From positions 190,731 through 254,730 of the forward strand of contig CAMYUM010000001.1 of assembly GCA_947301965.1 (NCBI GenBank): a stretch of 64,000 nucleotides of DNA. The letters run 5' to 3'. Each line of letters starts with the position of its first letter. The first letter of the stretch is position 1. Shown one piece after another: positions 63,763-64,000 of this stretch. The stretch comes from an uncultured Azospirillum sp. Lineage in GTDB: Bacteria > Pseudomonadota > Alphaproteobacteria > RF32 > CAG-239. The position numbers and the translations under genes are program-made. The notes beneath the pieces were generated by a model that ran no database searches, was not told the origin of the DNA, and saw only the letters and a list, made by a program, of their open reading frames with translations.

Positions 63763-64000
63763 CTCAAATTTTCCGCCGAGTTGTTCTTTTAAGACTTTAT
63801 GAGGAACTTCTTTGACTTCACCTTTTTTGAGGCTGCCAAGTTGGAACGGACCGTAAGACAAACGGATTAAACGAGCAACTTCAAGGCCGATATATTGCAT
63901 GAGACGGCGAATTTCTCGGTTTTTGCCTTCAGACAGAGTAATTGTCAGCCAGGTGTTAGTGCCTTGGGTGCTATCAATAACAATTTTGACGGGACCATAG
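63763..64000 (-). CDS. pseudouridine synthase (RsuA/RluB family), C-terminal 79 aa only; gene continues past window end
   Basis: My translation of the minus strand gives …TITLSEGKNREIRRLMQYIGLEVARLIRLSYGPFQLGSLKKGEVKEV…FEL*. Confidence 0.55.

Overview
This window looks like a stretch of a small, AT-rich (roughly 40% GC by eye) alphaproteobacterial genome, possibly from an obligate intracellular lineage (Rickettsiales/Holosporales-like). The taxonomic call is an inference from gene order and content only. The supporting points are: the alpha operon runs secY-adk-rpsM-rpsK-rpoA-rplQ with no infA/rpmJ/rpsD; tuf is absent in front of rpsJ; the rplY-pth-ychF cluster is present; and S16 and L17 carry K/A/E-rich tails.

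Most of the window is core housekeeping. The main blocks are:
- a nucleoside-salvage operon on the minus strand (cdd-punA-deoC-deoA-pgeF-ampD)
- an AsmA-family giant protein, then galU
- rplY-pth-ychF, clpB behind an RpoH-type promoter, and an M23 peptidase
- tRNA-Asp, secA, and ffh-rpsP-rimM-trmD-rplS
- the complete S10-spc-alpha ribosomal superoperon (rpsJ to rplQ)
- gap-pgk, eno, argS, ftsEX and plsC

Non-core content:
- A truncated Pmp-like repeat protein lies at the left edge.
- A two-gene insert (hypoxanthine-DNA glycosylase plus a superinfection-immunity-like membrane protein) sits in front of ffh.
- An opposite-strand membrane-anchored ORF is inserted between rplO and secY.
- An opposite-strand dtd plus a structured ~250 bp repeat element separates rpoA from rplQ. 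A second copy of the repeat follows pgk.
- The most striking feature is a three-gene secreted-protein cluster (45.4-52.3 kb). It holds two tandem, diverged paralogs (~840 aa each) of a very cysteine-rich secreted protein, each with its own duplicated consensus TTGACT-N17-TATAAT promoter and terminator, followed by a 426-aa lipoprotein.

No CRISPR arrays, transposases or rRNA genes were seen. All calls are from reading the sequence and six-frame translations; nothing was searched against a database.
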